In this document: piece by piece, positions 7,831 to 15,965 of the stretch
How positions within the stretch are numbered: the first letter of the stretch is position 1
Layout: every line of letters begins with the position of its first letter
DNA from: a virus
Taxonomy: Duplodnaviria > Caudoviricetes
Length of the DNA: 26,132 nucleotides
Reading direction: 5' to 3' (one strand)
Virus record (IMG/VR): IMGVR_UViG_3300046779_000875
Span: 1 to 26,132 of that record
Made by a program: the position numbers and the translations under genes
The notes under the pieces: model-generated
The model's input: the letters and a program-made list of their open reading frames with translations, nothing else
Database searches by the model: none
Told to the model about the DNA's origin: nothing

Positions 7831-8596
7831 GACAGCTATCATTTGGACTTGCGCTCATGCACATTCTGATGTAAGTAATGAACGGTTCTCGTGGCTTGGC
7901 GATTTGATCGAAGACATTAAGCCAGACTACGTTATTGACCTTGGTGATGGGGCTGACATGCAAAGCCTTAACACTTACGACACTCGCTATCCACAGGCTA
8001 TTGTGGCACAGTCCTACCAGAAGGATATTGAGGCTTACAATGAGGCTATGGACCGTATTTGGGGCCGCTATAAGATCAGCAAGAAGAAGCGCCCGTTCCG
8101 CATTGGCTTTGAGGGGAACCACGAAAACAGGATTAAGAAGGCTATTGGACATGACCCACGATTAGAGGGTGAAACATATGGAATCTCATTTTCCCACCTC
8201 CAAACAGACTACTGGTTTGACGAATACCACGAATACCGAAATTCAGGCCCTGCGCTTGTTGATTATGACGGTGTTCTATATGGTCACTACGTTAGCAGTG
8301 GTAATTTTGGTTCAGCTATGTCTACTAAGCATCATGGCTACAGCCTTGTCGAAAAGCTGGCTCATAGTTGCACTGTTGGTCATAGTCACAAGTTCCATTA
8401 TTATAGGAAGGCGGATGCTCGTCCTACTCCGCTTAATGGCCTTGTTGCAGGATGCTTCAAAGGGGCAGAAGAAAAATGGGCGGGGCAAGCGAACTCTGAG
8501 TGGTCTAAAGGTGTTGTTGTAAAGCGGCACATTGATAATGGGGACTACGACATTCAGTGGGTTTCGCTGAAGGCTCTGCAAAAGGAGTATGGTTAA
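7823..8596 (+). CDS. Calcineurin-like metallophosphoesterase
   Basis: CAH (in place of DxH), DLGDGAD, EGNHE, GH and GHSH metal-binding motifs. Confidence 0.85.
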   Translation: MTKTAIIWTCAHAHSDVSNERFSWLGDLIEDIKPDYVIDLGDGADMQSLNTYDTRYPQAIVAQSYQKDIEAYNEAMDRIWGRYKISKKKRPFRIGFEGNHENRIKKAIGHDPRLEGETYGISFSHLQTDYWFDEYHEYRNSGPALVDYDGVLYGHYVSSGNFGSAMSTKHHGYSLVEKLAHSCTVGHSHKFHYYRKADARPTPLNGLVAGCFKGAEEKWAGQANSEWSKGVVVKRHIDNGDYDIQWVSLKALQKEYG

Positions 8597-8829
8597 TGGT
8601 TTACTTTTCTTGTGGGCATCAGGACCAGTTTCGACCCTATTCGGGCTGGTCTTTCTACCACAAATCAAGCACTGATGATGGTCGTCCTGCTATCGGCTTT
8701 TCTTGCTACTGTTTGAATTGCTATGTCAGGTTTATTACAAGTTTCCCCAATGATATTTTCTTTTCGTGGGGAGAAGCAGAGGCGTGGATGGATGAGCAAA
8801 AGAGCAAGCGTAAGCAGCAACACGATTGA
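8596..8829 (+). CDS. Small Cys-containing hypothetical protein
   Basis: AAGGAG SD; TAATG coupling; SCGH...CYCLNC possible Zn site. Confidence 0.6.
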   Translation: MVYFSCGHQDQFRPYSGWSFYHKSSTDDGRPAIGFSCYCLNCYVRFITSFPNDIFFSWGEAEAWMDEQKSKRKQQHD

Positions 8830-9355
8830 GGTGAAGGAAAGGGCAGATCGGGACTTCTATGCTACGCCTGAGAAAGCTGCCCTACCTTTACTAAACCACC
8901 TACCCTCTACGGGTGGAAAGTTCATGGAGCCTTGTGCTGGTGCTGGTGATCTGGTTAAGCATATTGAGCGGTTATCTGATGGCTATGTTTGTGGTTATGC
9001 GTGTGATGTTGAGCCACAAGAAACAAGGGTTGTTGAACGTGATGCCTTGACGTTAGACTACAACGATGTGCTTGGTATTGATCTGATTATCACCAACCCA
9101 CCCTTTAAGTGGGACATGCTAAAGCCTTTGTTGGACCATCTACCAACTCTAAGACCAACTTGGTTGCTTTTACCTTTCGATTACGCTTGTAATGTCAGGA
9201 TGGCGCACTACATGTCTATGTGTAAGTCAGTCGTCCCGATTGGACGTGTCAAATGGTTTGAAGACAGCAAGCAAAGCAGCACTGACAACTTCGCGTGGTT
9301 CTTGTTTGATACCGACTACGCAGGGGCAACAAAACTCTACCCAAGACAGAAATAA
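8792..9355 (+). CDS. Orphan DNA amino-methyltransferase (N6-adenine or N4-cytosine)
   Basis: RDFYATP, SAM-binding MEPCAGAGDL, catalytic ITNPPF; no cognate endonuclease adjacent. Confidence 0.85.
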   Translation: MSKRASVSSNTIEVKERADRDFYATPEKAALPLLNHLPSTGGKFMEPCAGAGDLVKHIERLSDGYVCGYACDVEPQETRVVERDALTLDYNDVLGIDLIITNPPFKWDMLKPLLDHLPTLRPTWLLLPFDYACNVRMAHYMSMCKSVVPIGRVKWFEDSKQSSTDNFAWFLFDTDYAGATKLYPRQK

Positions 9356-9499
9356 ATGAGCAAAGAAGAAATCATCAAGATCATCGAAGACCGTGGGTTT
9401 GTGGCTGTCTTGAAAGACCACAACCTAACTTTGTGGAAAACCCTTGAAATCCTGGACGATCTGGGATACGTCTTTTTGGAGCGCTATAAAGATGAGTGA
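9356..9499 (+). CDS. Small hypothetical protein (47 aa, not in ORF track)
   Basis: ATG directly after the MTase stop; MSKEEIIKIIEDRGFVAVLKDHNLTLWKTLEILDDLGYVFLERYKDE*. Confidence 0.65.
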   Translation: MSKEEIIKIIEDRGFVAVLKDHNLTLWKTLEILDDLGYVFLERYKDE

Positions 9500-9674
9500 A
9501 AGATCCACCTCTGCCCAATTCCCTATTCTTGGGATGCTGGGCCTGCTTTTTATCGGGCTTAAACTGACAGGACATATTGCTTGGTCTTGGTGGTGGGTTC
9601 TATCTCCCTTTTGGATTCCTGTCCTAATTGGTATTCTGGTCTTCATTTTGGCTTTTAACATGGATGATGAATAA
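9492..9674 (+). CDS. Small two-helix membrane protein
   Basis: LLFIGLKLTGHIAWSWWWVLSPFWIP, a motif common in phage membrane proteins; GGAG SD before ATG 9492. Confidence 0.75.
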   Translation: MSERSTSAQFPILGMLGLLFIGLKLTGHIAWSWWWVLSPFWIPVLIGILVFILAFNMDDE

Positions 9675-10006
9675 TGACTAAGTGGGAAATCAAGTCTGAG
9701 TTTGACGAGTTCCAAGAAGCAGCTATGTCAACTGCCATCTACCCTTCTGACAAAGCCCTAGAATATACTGCTCTAGGTCTTGCCTCTGAGGCTGGTGAAT
9801 TTGCTGGTAAAGTCAAGAAATGGATTCGTGATGGCAATATTGACGACAAGCTGGCAGCACATGAACTTGGTGACTGTCTGTGGTATGTGGCAGCAGCGGC
9901 AGATGCCCTTGGCTATGATCTGAGCGAGATTGCTGACCTTGTGCTTAACAAACTCAAAGATCGTAAGCAACGTAATGTTATTGGTGGTTCAGGAGATGAG
10001 CGTTGA
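9674..10006 (+). CDS. MazG-like nucleotide pyrophosphohydrolase
   Basis: LGLASEAGE, ELGDCLWY, KLKDRKQRNVIGGSGDER. Confidence 0.9.
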   Translation: MTKWEIKSEFDEFQEAAMSTAIYPSDKALEYTALGLASEAGEFAGKVKKWIRDGNIDDKLAAHELGDCLWYVAAAADALGYDLSEIADLVLNKLKDRKQRNVIGGSGDER

Positions 10007-10167
10007 CTGTTCAAGAACTGATTGACCGATTAGACAAACTCAAAGATAAGTCTGTTCCTGTTGTGCTTGTTGAGTGGTCTGTGAGCAACCCAATGATTGC
10101 AAAAGTTGACCTAACGCCAAATAGACTTGTCTCTCAACCACATCGCCTATCTATTTTGATTGACTAA
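10003..10167 (+). CDS. Small hypothetical protein (54 aa, TTG start, not in ORF track)
   Basis: AGGAG SD; TTGA overlap; MTVQELIDRLDKLKDKSVPVV... typical phage small-protein start. Confidence 0.65.
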   Translation: MTVQELIDRLDKLKDKSVPVVLVEWSVSNPMIAKVDLTPNRLVSQPHRLSILID

Positions 10168-10176
10168 GGAAGAAAA

Positions 10177-12141
10177 ATGAACAATATGCTGCCCTCTGAC
10201 TACCAATCCTTTATTGCCACTTCGCGCTATGCCCGCTGGATCGACAAGGAAAATCGTCGTGAGACTTGGGGCGAAACTGTTGGTCGCTACATGGAAAATG
10301 TAGTCAAACCTAAGCTGCAAGACCTGAACATCCATGATGATCTTGATTATGCAAAAATCCTTCCTGAAACTGAGGAAGAGATTGAGGCAGCTATCCTTGG
10401 TCTTGAAGTCATGCCGTCGATGCGGGCTGTTATGACGGCTGGCCCTGCACTGGATCGTGACAACACGGCTGGCTACAACTGCTCCTACTTGCCTGTTGAC
10501 GACCCAAAGTCATTTGACGAAGCCATGTTCATCCTGCTCTGTGGCACTGGTGTGGGCTTCTCTGTTGAGCGTCAGCATATCAGCAAGTTGCCTGAAGTCC
10601 CTGAGCAGATGTTCAAAAGCGAGACGATCATTGTGGTTAAGGACAGCAAGGAAGGTTGGGCTAAGGCACTGCGCCAACTGATTAGCCTTCTGTATGCTGG
10701 TGAAATCCCCACTTGGGATGTGTCAAAGGTTCGTCCTGCTGGTGCTAAACTCAAGACTTTTGGTGGTCGTGCCTCTGGTCCTGCGCCGCTGGTAGAACTG
10801 TTCAACTTTGTCATCAACACCTTTGTTGGTGCTAAGGGCCGCAAGCTGTCGTCTATCGAATGCCACGACATTATGTGTAAGATTGGTGAAGTTGTCGTTG
10901 TTGGTGGTGTTCGTCGCTCTGCGATGATTTCCCTGTCTAACCTGTCTGATGACCGTATGCGTCATGCTAAGTCGGGCCAGTGGTGGGAAAACAACAGCCA
11001 ACGCGCTCTGGCAAACAATTCTGTGGCTTACACAGAGAAACCTGATATGGAGACTTTCCTTCGTGAATGGCTTTCGTTGGTTGAAAGTAAATCTGGTGAG
11101 CGTGGCATCTTCTCTCGCCCAGCTTCTAAGAAACAAGCCACAAAAAACGGTCGTCGTAATCCTGACTTTGATTTCGGCACCAATCCATGCAGTGAGATCA
11201 TTCTTCGTCCCTACCAATTCTGCAATCTTACCGAAGTCGTCGTCCGAGCAACGGATACACTTGCGGACTTGGAACGGAAAGTGAAGTTGGCTACGATCCT
11301 TGGCACTATCCAAAGCACCTACACGCACTTTCCCTATCTGCGTAAGGTGTGGAAGGATAACACTGAAGAAGAGCGTCTGCTTGGTGTCTCTCTGACGGGC
11401 ATCATGGATAACCGCCTTCTGACTAATGACGATCTTGCTTTGTCCTGTGAAGGCATGACTGTCGCTGGCATCTTGGAGTATCTGAAGAATGTGGCTATTG
11501 CTACTAACGCTGAGTGGGCTGAACGTCTTGGTATCCCTGCTAGTGCTGCGATCACTTGTGTCAAGCCGAGTGGAACTGTATCTCAATTGGTTGATAGTGC
11601 TTCTGGCATCCACGCTCGTCATTCAGCCTATTATATTCGCACTGTTCGTGGGGATAACAAAGACCCTCTGACGCAGTTTATGAAAGACCAAGGCATTCCT
11701 AATGAGCCTGACGTGATGAAGCCTGACAGCACCACTGTCTTTAGCTTCCCACAAAAGTCTCCTGTGGGTGCCACTACCCGTAACGATATGACGGCCATTG
11801 AGCAACTTGAACTGTGGCTGGCCTATCAACGTCATTGGTGTGAGCATAAGCCGTCGATCACTGTGACGGTGCGTGACCACGAATGGATGGAAGTTGGTGC
11901 TTGGGTTTACAAATACTTTGATGAGGTGTCTGGTGTGTCGTTCCTTCCCCACAGTGACCACACCTACCAGCAAGCGCCTTATCAAGAGGTTTCTGAGCGA
12001 GAGTATCTTGATGCCCTTGCACTGATGCCTGAGCGTATTGATTGGTCTAAACTGAGTGACTATGAAACTGAAGACACCTCCAAAGGGACTAGCACCTTTG
12101 CTTGTGTTGGTGGAGCGTGTGAAATTGTGGACCTGACCTGA
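10177..12141 (+). CDS. nrdJ: Class II (adenosylcobalamin-dependent) ribonucleotide reductase
   Basis: SRYARW, RRETW, YNCS, VVVGGVRRSA, TNPCSEI, CNLTE, VKPSGTVS, C-terminal CVGGAC; no beta-subunit gene nearby. Confidence 0.92.
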   Translation: MNNMLPSDYQSFIATSRYARWIDKENRRETWGETVGRYMENVVKPKLQDLNIHDDLDYAKILPETEEEIEAAILGLEVMPSMRAVMTAGPALDRDNTAGYNCSYLPVDDPKSFDEAMFILLCGTGVGFSVERQHISKLPEVPEQMFKSETIIVVKDSKEGWAKALRQLISLLYAGEIPTWDVSKVRPAGAKLKTFGGRASGPAPLVELFNFVINTFVGAKGRKLSSIECHDIMCKIGEVVVVGGVRRSAMISLSNLSDDRMRHAKSGQWWENNSQRALANNSVAYTEKPDMETFLREWLSLVESKSGERGIFSRPASKKQATKNGRRNPDFDFGTNPCSEIILRPYQFCNLTEVVVRATDTLADLERKVKLATILGTIQSTYTHFPYLRKVWKDNTEEERLLGVSLTGIMDNRLLTNDDLALSCEGMTVAGILEYLKNVAIATNAEWAERLGIPASAAITCVKPSGTVSQLVDSASGIHARHSAYYIRTVRGDNKDPLTQFMKDQGIPNEPDVMKPDSTTVFSFPQKSPVGATTRNDMTAIEQLELWLAYQRHWCEHKPSITVTVRDHEWMEVGAWVYKYFDEVSGVSFLPHSDHTYQQAPYQEVSEREYLDALALMPERIDWSKLSDYETEDTSKGTSTFACVGGACEIVDLT

Positions 12142-12314
12142 TGGAAAACCTAATGCCTATCCTCAACCTTGCCAGCTTGGGCTTTATGGTTTGGTGGGTT
12201 TATGACACCAATAAGACCCTAAAGGTTCATGATAATGCCTTGCGTGTTGTCCTTGCTGTGGCTGAACTACACAGGAAGAAGCTGGAACGCCTAGAGGATG
12301 AAGGGGAAGAGTAA
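12141..12314 (+). CDS. Small membrane-anchored protein (57 aa, not in ORF track)
   Basis: TGATG and TAATG coupling on both sides; hydrophobic ILNLASLGFMVWWVY followed by a charged helix. Confidence 0.65.
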   Translation: MENLMPILNLASLGFMVWWVYDTNKTLKVHDNALRVVLAVAELHRKKLERLEDEGEE

Positions 12315-12541
12315 TGTTCTATATCATTACCCGTGACGATTGCCACTGGTGTGACAAGGCCAAGAAGGTGCTAGAAGATAGGGGAGCCTCTTACGAGGCT
12401 TTCCTTTACTCTGAACACCCTATGTTGTTGAAGTTGATGTTCAGCATGGGGCTAAAGACAGTGCCACAAATCTGGGAAGACAACACCCATATTGGTGGTT
12501 ATGAAGACCTAGTGGAATGGATTAAAAAGAATGACGCTTAA
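12314..12541 (+). CDS. Glutaredoxin
   Basis: CHWC active site, KTVPQIW, HIGGYEDL; next to RNR. Confidence 0.92.
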   Translation: MFYIITRDDCHWCDKAKKVLEDRGASYEAFLYSEHPMLLKLMFSMGLKTVPQIWEDNTHIGGYEDLVEWIKKNDA

Positions 12542-13253
12542 GCGTGAGACGCTGCCTGAGAAGCCCAAAGGGAAACGCCAATCTCGCTACAAGCAGGCAG
12601 AGGTAGAAGCCACAAGCAAATTGGTTGGACTTACCCCATATAACGACAACCAAGCCCTCTATATCAACGCCCTGAAGACCTCAGATCAAGTCATTGTTTG
12701 TGGTTACTCTGGAACAGGTAAGACCTACATTGCTGCCACCTTTGCAGCCAATGCTTACCTGACTAAACAAGCCGAAAGGATCATTCTGACTAGACCTAAC
12801 GTCTCTGTAGGAAAAGACCTTGGCTATTTTCCAGGAGACTTGAATGAGAAGTTTGCACCTTGGGCAGCACCAGTTCTTGATGTGTTGGAAGAACAGTTGG
12901 GAAAAGGAGTCCTTGAAACTGGAATTAAGAATGGCAATATTATCCTATCTCCCCTTTCCACGATGAGGGGACGGTCCTTCAAGAACGCTGTTGTCATTTT
13001 GGATGAGGCACAAAACACCACAATACCAGAAATGAAGATGTTCTTGACGAGAATCGGTCAGGGGACTAAGGTTATCATCAACGGTGATATTCGACAGTCA
13101 GACATTAAAGAAACCTCTGGTCTGTCTAAGATCATCAGCATTGCCAAGAAGAACTTGATGGACGTTCCCATCATTGAGTTTACTGTCGATGACATTGTTC
13201 GCAGCGACATTTGTCGTGATTGGATTATTGCTTTTGAGAAAGAAGGTATTTAA
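12531..13253 (+). CDS. phoH: PhoH-like ATPase
   Basis: GYSGTGKT, LGYFPGD, MRGRSF, ILDEAQN, TRIG, GDIRQSD, DIVRS. Confidence 0.95.
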   Translation: MTLKRETLPEKPKGKRQSRYKQAEVEATSKLVGLTPYNDNQALYINALKTSDQVIVCGYSGTGKTYIAATFAANAYLTKQAERIILTRPNVSVGKDLGYFPGDLNEKFAPWAAPVLDVLEEQLGKGVLETGIKNGNIILSPLSTMRGRSFKNAVVILDEAQNTTIPEMKMFLTRIGQGTKVIINGDIRQSDIKETSGLSKIISIAKKNLMDVPIIEFTVDDIVRSDICRDWIIAFEKEGI

Positions 13254-13699
13254 TGCCGTTTGAGATTGGCGATAAGGTATACAAGACTGACCGCACTGAC
13301 TATGGTGCAGGGACAATCTTGAGCCACTTCAACAAGAAGGGTAAAGACTACTACGCTGTTCGGTTTGATAGTTACAAATACTATCTGACCCCTACGGACT
13401 GCCACGACACAGTTGCACACGATGAATTGTCTGTTTTGGTCGAAGATGTCAAAGAAGAGCCTAAGAAGGAAGAAAAGATCGTGAAAGACCCGTTCAAACA
13501 ACAGGTTGGTGGTGGTCACTACAAAAGCATGTCCATCCAGCCTGTAGAGTTTATCTTGGCTAACGCTCTTGGCTTCTGTGAGGGCAACATCGTCAAGTAT
13601 ACCTGTCGTTATAAGCAGAAGGGTGGAGTAGAAGACCTTAAGAAGGTTATCCACTATGCAGAACTGCTTATTGCCCAGCTTGAGAAGGATAAAACCTAA
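13253..13699 (+). CDS. DUF3310 (T7 gp1.7-like) protein with an extra N-terminal domain
   Basis: C-terminal QVGGGHY...IQPVEFI...FCEGNIVKY..RYKQKGGVEDLKK..HY. Confidence 0.8.
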   Translation: MPFEIGDKVYKTDRTDYGAGTILSHFNKKGKDYYAVRFDSYKYYLTPTDCHDTVAHDELSVLVEDVKEEPKKEEKIVKDPFKQQVGGGHYKSMSIQPVEFILANALGFCEGNIVKYTCRYKQKGGVEDLKKVIHYAELLIAQLEKDKT

Positions 13700-13902
13700 T
13701 GTTCACTTTGGTTTTCTTGGTCTGTAATACGGCCACAGGTAACTGCTACTCAGCAGCCCCACCTACATTGTTTCAAAGTGTTGATGCTTGTCAGCAAGCC
13801 GCCGCTGCCATCATTGACGACAACTACAAACGACAAAAGGCAGGATTGGCAGACCCTGAACAAGCTGCCTACCAATGTGTTGGATGGGGAGAACCCACCT
13901 AA
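13699..13902 (+). CDS. Small, probably exported Cys-containing protein
   Basis: AAGGA SD; MFTLVFLVC...C...C...C pattern. Confidence 0.7.
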   Translation: MFTLVFLVCNTATGNCYSAAPPTLFQSVDACQQAAAAIIDDNYKRQKAGLADPEQAAYQCVGWGEPT

Positions 13903-13970
13903 TGCTTAACTGGATGTTCTTTCTAATCATCGGTGTGGTAATCCTGCTCTACATCTTGTTTGGCGATTAA
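13902..13970 (+). CDS. 22-aa single transmembrane peptide (not in ORF track)
   Basis: GGAG SD; TAATG coupling; MLNWMFFLIIGVVILLYILFGD*. Confidence 0.55.
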   Translation: MLNWMFFLIIGVVILLYILFGD

Positions 13971-13971
13971 A

Positions 13972-14016
13972 CAAAAGAAAACCCCGGCCAGGATTGAGTT
14001 CCTGCCGGGGTTATTT
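13972..14016. terminator. Bidirectional intrinsic terminator between the convergent arms
   Basis: AAAAGAAA-ACCCCGGC(C)AGGA-TTGAGT-TCCTGCCGGGGT-TATTT: GC-rich stem with an A-tract on the left and a T-rich tract on the right. Confidence 0.88.
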
Positions 14017-14255
14017 CATTTTTGATCTGGATGCGTTTTGTAGAGTTCGATAATGTCTCGTTTGACTTCTTTTAAATCAGATTTGATCTCGTTCATAATC
14101 TCACGATCTTCTTGCCTACGAACATCACGCTCTTTGATTTCGTTTTGTAGCAAGGCAATCTGCTTTTCGTTGGTCAACACCCTACGAATAAGCCACGTAA
14201 TGCCAGCGAAGATGGACGAGACTGCTGCCCCGACAAAATACTCCAAATAGTTCAT
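14016..14255 (-). CDS. Putative holin-like protein (one TM helix plus coiled coil)
   Basis: Lysis-cassette position; YFVGAAVSSIFAGITWLI helix then heptad-rich tail; ATGA overlap with the spanin gene. Confidence 0.5.
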   Translation of the reverse strand: MNYLEYFVGAAVSSIFAGITWLIRRVLTNEKQIALLQNEIKERDVRRQEDREIMNEIKSDLKEVKRDIIELYKTHPDQK

Positions 14256-14566
14256 TTCTTGAATAGCCCTCGTATCCAATTGGCGATTTCATTAGGGGAT
14301 GGCAATAGCCACCCAAGGATAAGAAGGGCAATCATCCAGATCGGGGTTTGCTGGATATTCACTTCCCTTACTTCTTGTGCATTGACAGGACTAGATTGTT
14401 GAACAACATCTCTTCCTGCTTTTGTGGTATTCTGATAGGCCACAGCCTGTTGAGTGTTCTCTTTACCAGCCTGCACATTGGCTGAGAGACTAGGCCCACC
14501 AGTGAGCGCCTTTAGGGGACTTAAAGAGCAAGCGGAGAGCAACAAGATCAACACTAGGGGTTTCAT
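14252..14566 (-). CDS. Unimolecular spanin (T1 gp11-like)
   Basis: Lipobox LLLSAC at the N-terminus, NVQAGKENTQQ periplasmic segment, C-terminal TM IWMIALLILGWLL; follows the endolysin. Confidence 0.78.
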   Translation of the reverse strand: MKPLVLILLLSACSLSPLKALTGGPSLSANVQAGKENTQQAVAYQNTTKAGRDVVQQSSPVNAQEVREVNIQQTPIWMIALLILGWLLPSPNEIANWIRGLFKK

Positions 14567-15040
14567 TTATAGCCCCTTCATGCAGAGTTCTTTTTTGCTA
14601 TCAGCGCGTCTATTCACTAAGCCTTGGACTTTACCACCACCAGCCTTGACCCACTTATCAAGTTCTTTGCAAGCCTCTGCATACTTACCTTGATTAGCCA
14701 GCTTCATCATTGTGGATCGTCCTGCTGGATGAACACCTACATTGTAGGCTAGTTCAAGCAATGAAGCCTGGACCCCAACAGGGATATTAGGGTTGGTCAT
14801 GTAAGGTTGCAGGTTTGTGTAGTATTCACCCACAGCCGCTCTAAGCATTTGCTGGCACTCTGCTTTGCTATAAGAATCTCCCATAGAGACACCACGGGTT
14901 TCCCCATAGCAAACAGTTGGGATGCCAACAATGTCTCTATAAGCCACAAGACTGACACCTTCCCATTTAGCGATAAAAGGGGTTGCGGTAGCAATAACTG
15001 CTGCTGCGACTACAGCAGGTATCTTCTTGTTGTTAGACAT
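14567..15040 (-). CDS. GH24 lysozyme endolysin, probable SAR type
   Basis: E-x8-D-x5-T triad (WEGVSLVAYRDIVGIPTVCYG), GLVNRR; KK then an Ala-rich hydrophobic N-terminus; start ATG 15040 (AAGGTG SD) or GTG 15049. Confidence 0.92.
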   Translation of the reverse strand: MSNNKKIPAVVAAAVIATATPFIAKWEGVSLVAYRDIVGIPTVCYGETRGVSMGDSYSKAECQQMLRAAVGEYYTNLQPYMTNPNIPVGVQASLLELAYNVGVHPAGRSTMMKLANQGKYAEACKELDKWVKAGGGKVQGLVNRRADSKKELCMKGL

Positions 15041-15054
15041 CGTTGGCACCTTTA

Positions 15055-15312
15055 TTACACTGGCTTATCAGGCCACACAACACTAGCAGGGAACCCCTTC
15101 TGAGAGGGGATGTCCCTCAGAGCCTGACGGTATGCAGCCCAAGCGACTTGGTCCACAGGGGCGTCTTTAAGCTGGGTCCAATCGCTTTCTACCAAGAGAG
15201 TATCTCGTTGCGCTCTGACTTGATCCTCTGTAGGGGCCAGAGCAGCGATTTCTTCCTTGGTCATCTCACGAACAACAGGCTCACCATTGATCCATTCCAG
15301 GGTCTTAGGCAT
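15055..15312 (-). CDS. Tail fibre assembly chaperone-like protein
   Basis: RAQRDTLLVESDWTQLKDAP...WAAYRQALRDIP...FP..VVWP signature. Confidence 0.85.
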   Translation of the reverse strand: MPKTLEWINGEPVVREMTKEEIAALAPTEDQVRAQRDTLLVESDWTQLKDAPVDQVAWAAYRQALRDIPSQKGFPASVVWPDKPV

Positions 15313-15953
15313 CAGATGAATTCCTTTCTACGGAACATGGTGATCGTGCCAGTGCTGGCAGAGCCACCAGTAATGTTGTTTCCGCCAAAAGAGAACTGAA
15401 CACGAAGGATTTTTTGAACAGTGGCATGAGCCACACCATTAAAAATAGTGCCGACTGTTGCAAGGCCCACGTTGTTATTATAACGGTATTCACCAGACTG
15501 CGAACTTATAAAATGAATAGCCCTAGCTTCACGGACTAAAGGCAACTCAATCCAAGCAAGCAATGGGTTGGTTGTTCCTACACTGATGGTGGACGTGAAG
15601 ACCCCAGCATAAGCCGCAGAGGTCTCCCTATAGAGGTTAAGGCCTAATGTAGAACCAGCACCACCACTCGGCTTGATTTGATCAATCAAGAAAGCATACT
15701 CATAACCATCCTCAAAGTCTGGAGAAGTTACTGTTGCAAGCGCCCCGTTAGTTGGAAACGAGTAGATAATACCAGTGTTAGCATCCCCTACAGTGATCTT
15801 GTTGTAGGGATGCCAAGCAGCCCTTGTAATAGGAGAAGAAGTAGCCCCCTCAGAAATAGCAATAGGGTTATCTCTGAACCTCTTAGCAAGAACAGAGGTT
15901 AAGGGGGCTTCTGGGTTAGTTTCAGCTTCAGTAATAGCTGTATAAGAAGTCAT
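15312..15953 (-). CDS. Putative tail fibre or receptor-binding protein
   Basis: N-terminal anchor YTAITEAETNPEAPLTSVL..RFRDNPIAISEG; beta-rich C-terminus; lies between hub and chaperone. Confidence 0.6.
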   Translation of the reverse strand: MTSYTAITEAETNPEAPLTSVLAKRFRDNPIAISEGATSSPITRAAWHPYNKITVGDANTGIIYSFPTNGALATVTSPDFEDGYEYAFLIDQIKPSGGAGSTLGLNLYRETSAAYAGVFTSTISVGTTNPLLAWIELPLVREARAIHFISSQSGEYRYNNNVGLATVGTIFNGVAHATVQKILRVQFSFGGNNITGGSASTGTITMFRRKEFI

Positions 15954-15962
15954 TGTCGGGTT
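15953..15962 (-). promoter_or_regulatory. AACCCGACAA motif copy between SD and start codon
   Basis: Minus strand reads TAAGGA-AACCCGACA-ATG. Confidence 0.55.
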
Positions 15963-15965
15963 TCC

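Noticed and set aside
3345-10006. Possible Z-base (2-aminoadenine) or other base-modification system from PolA plus MazG-like plus phosphoesterase
   Set aside because: No PurZ, HD-domain DatZ, queuosine-pathway or glycosyltransferase genes in the window.
652-11985. Long minus-strand ORFs opposite thyX, helicase, SSB and RNR (652..1338, 2241..3020, 5187..5756, 10723..11622)
   Set aside because: Each mirrors a well-supported + strand gene and has no protein-like features.
10177-12141. Intein or intron in RNR or polymerase
   Set aside because: Lengths are normal, only short insertions are present, and no splicing motifs or homing endonuclease were seen.
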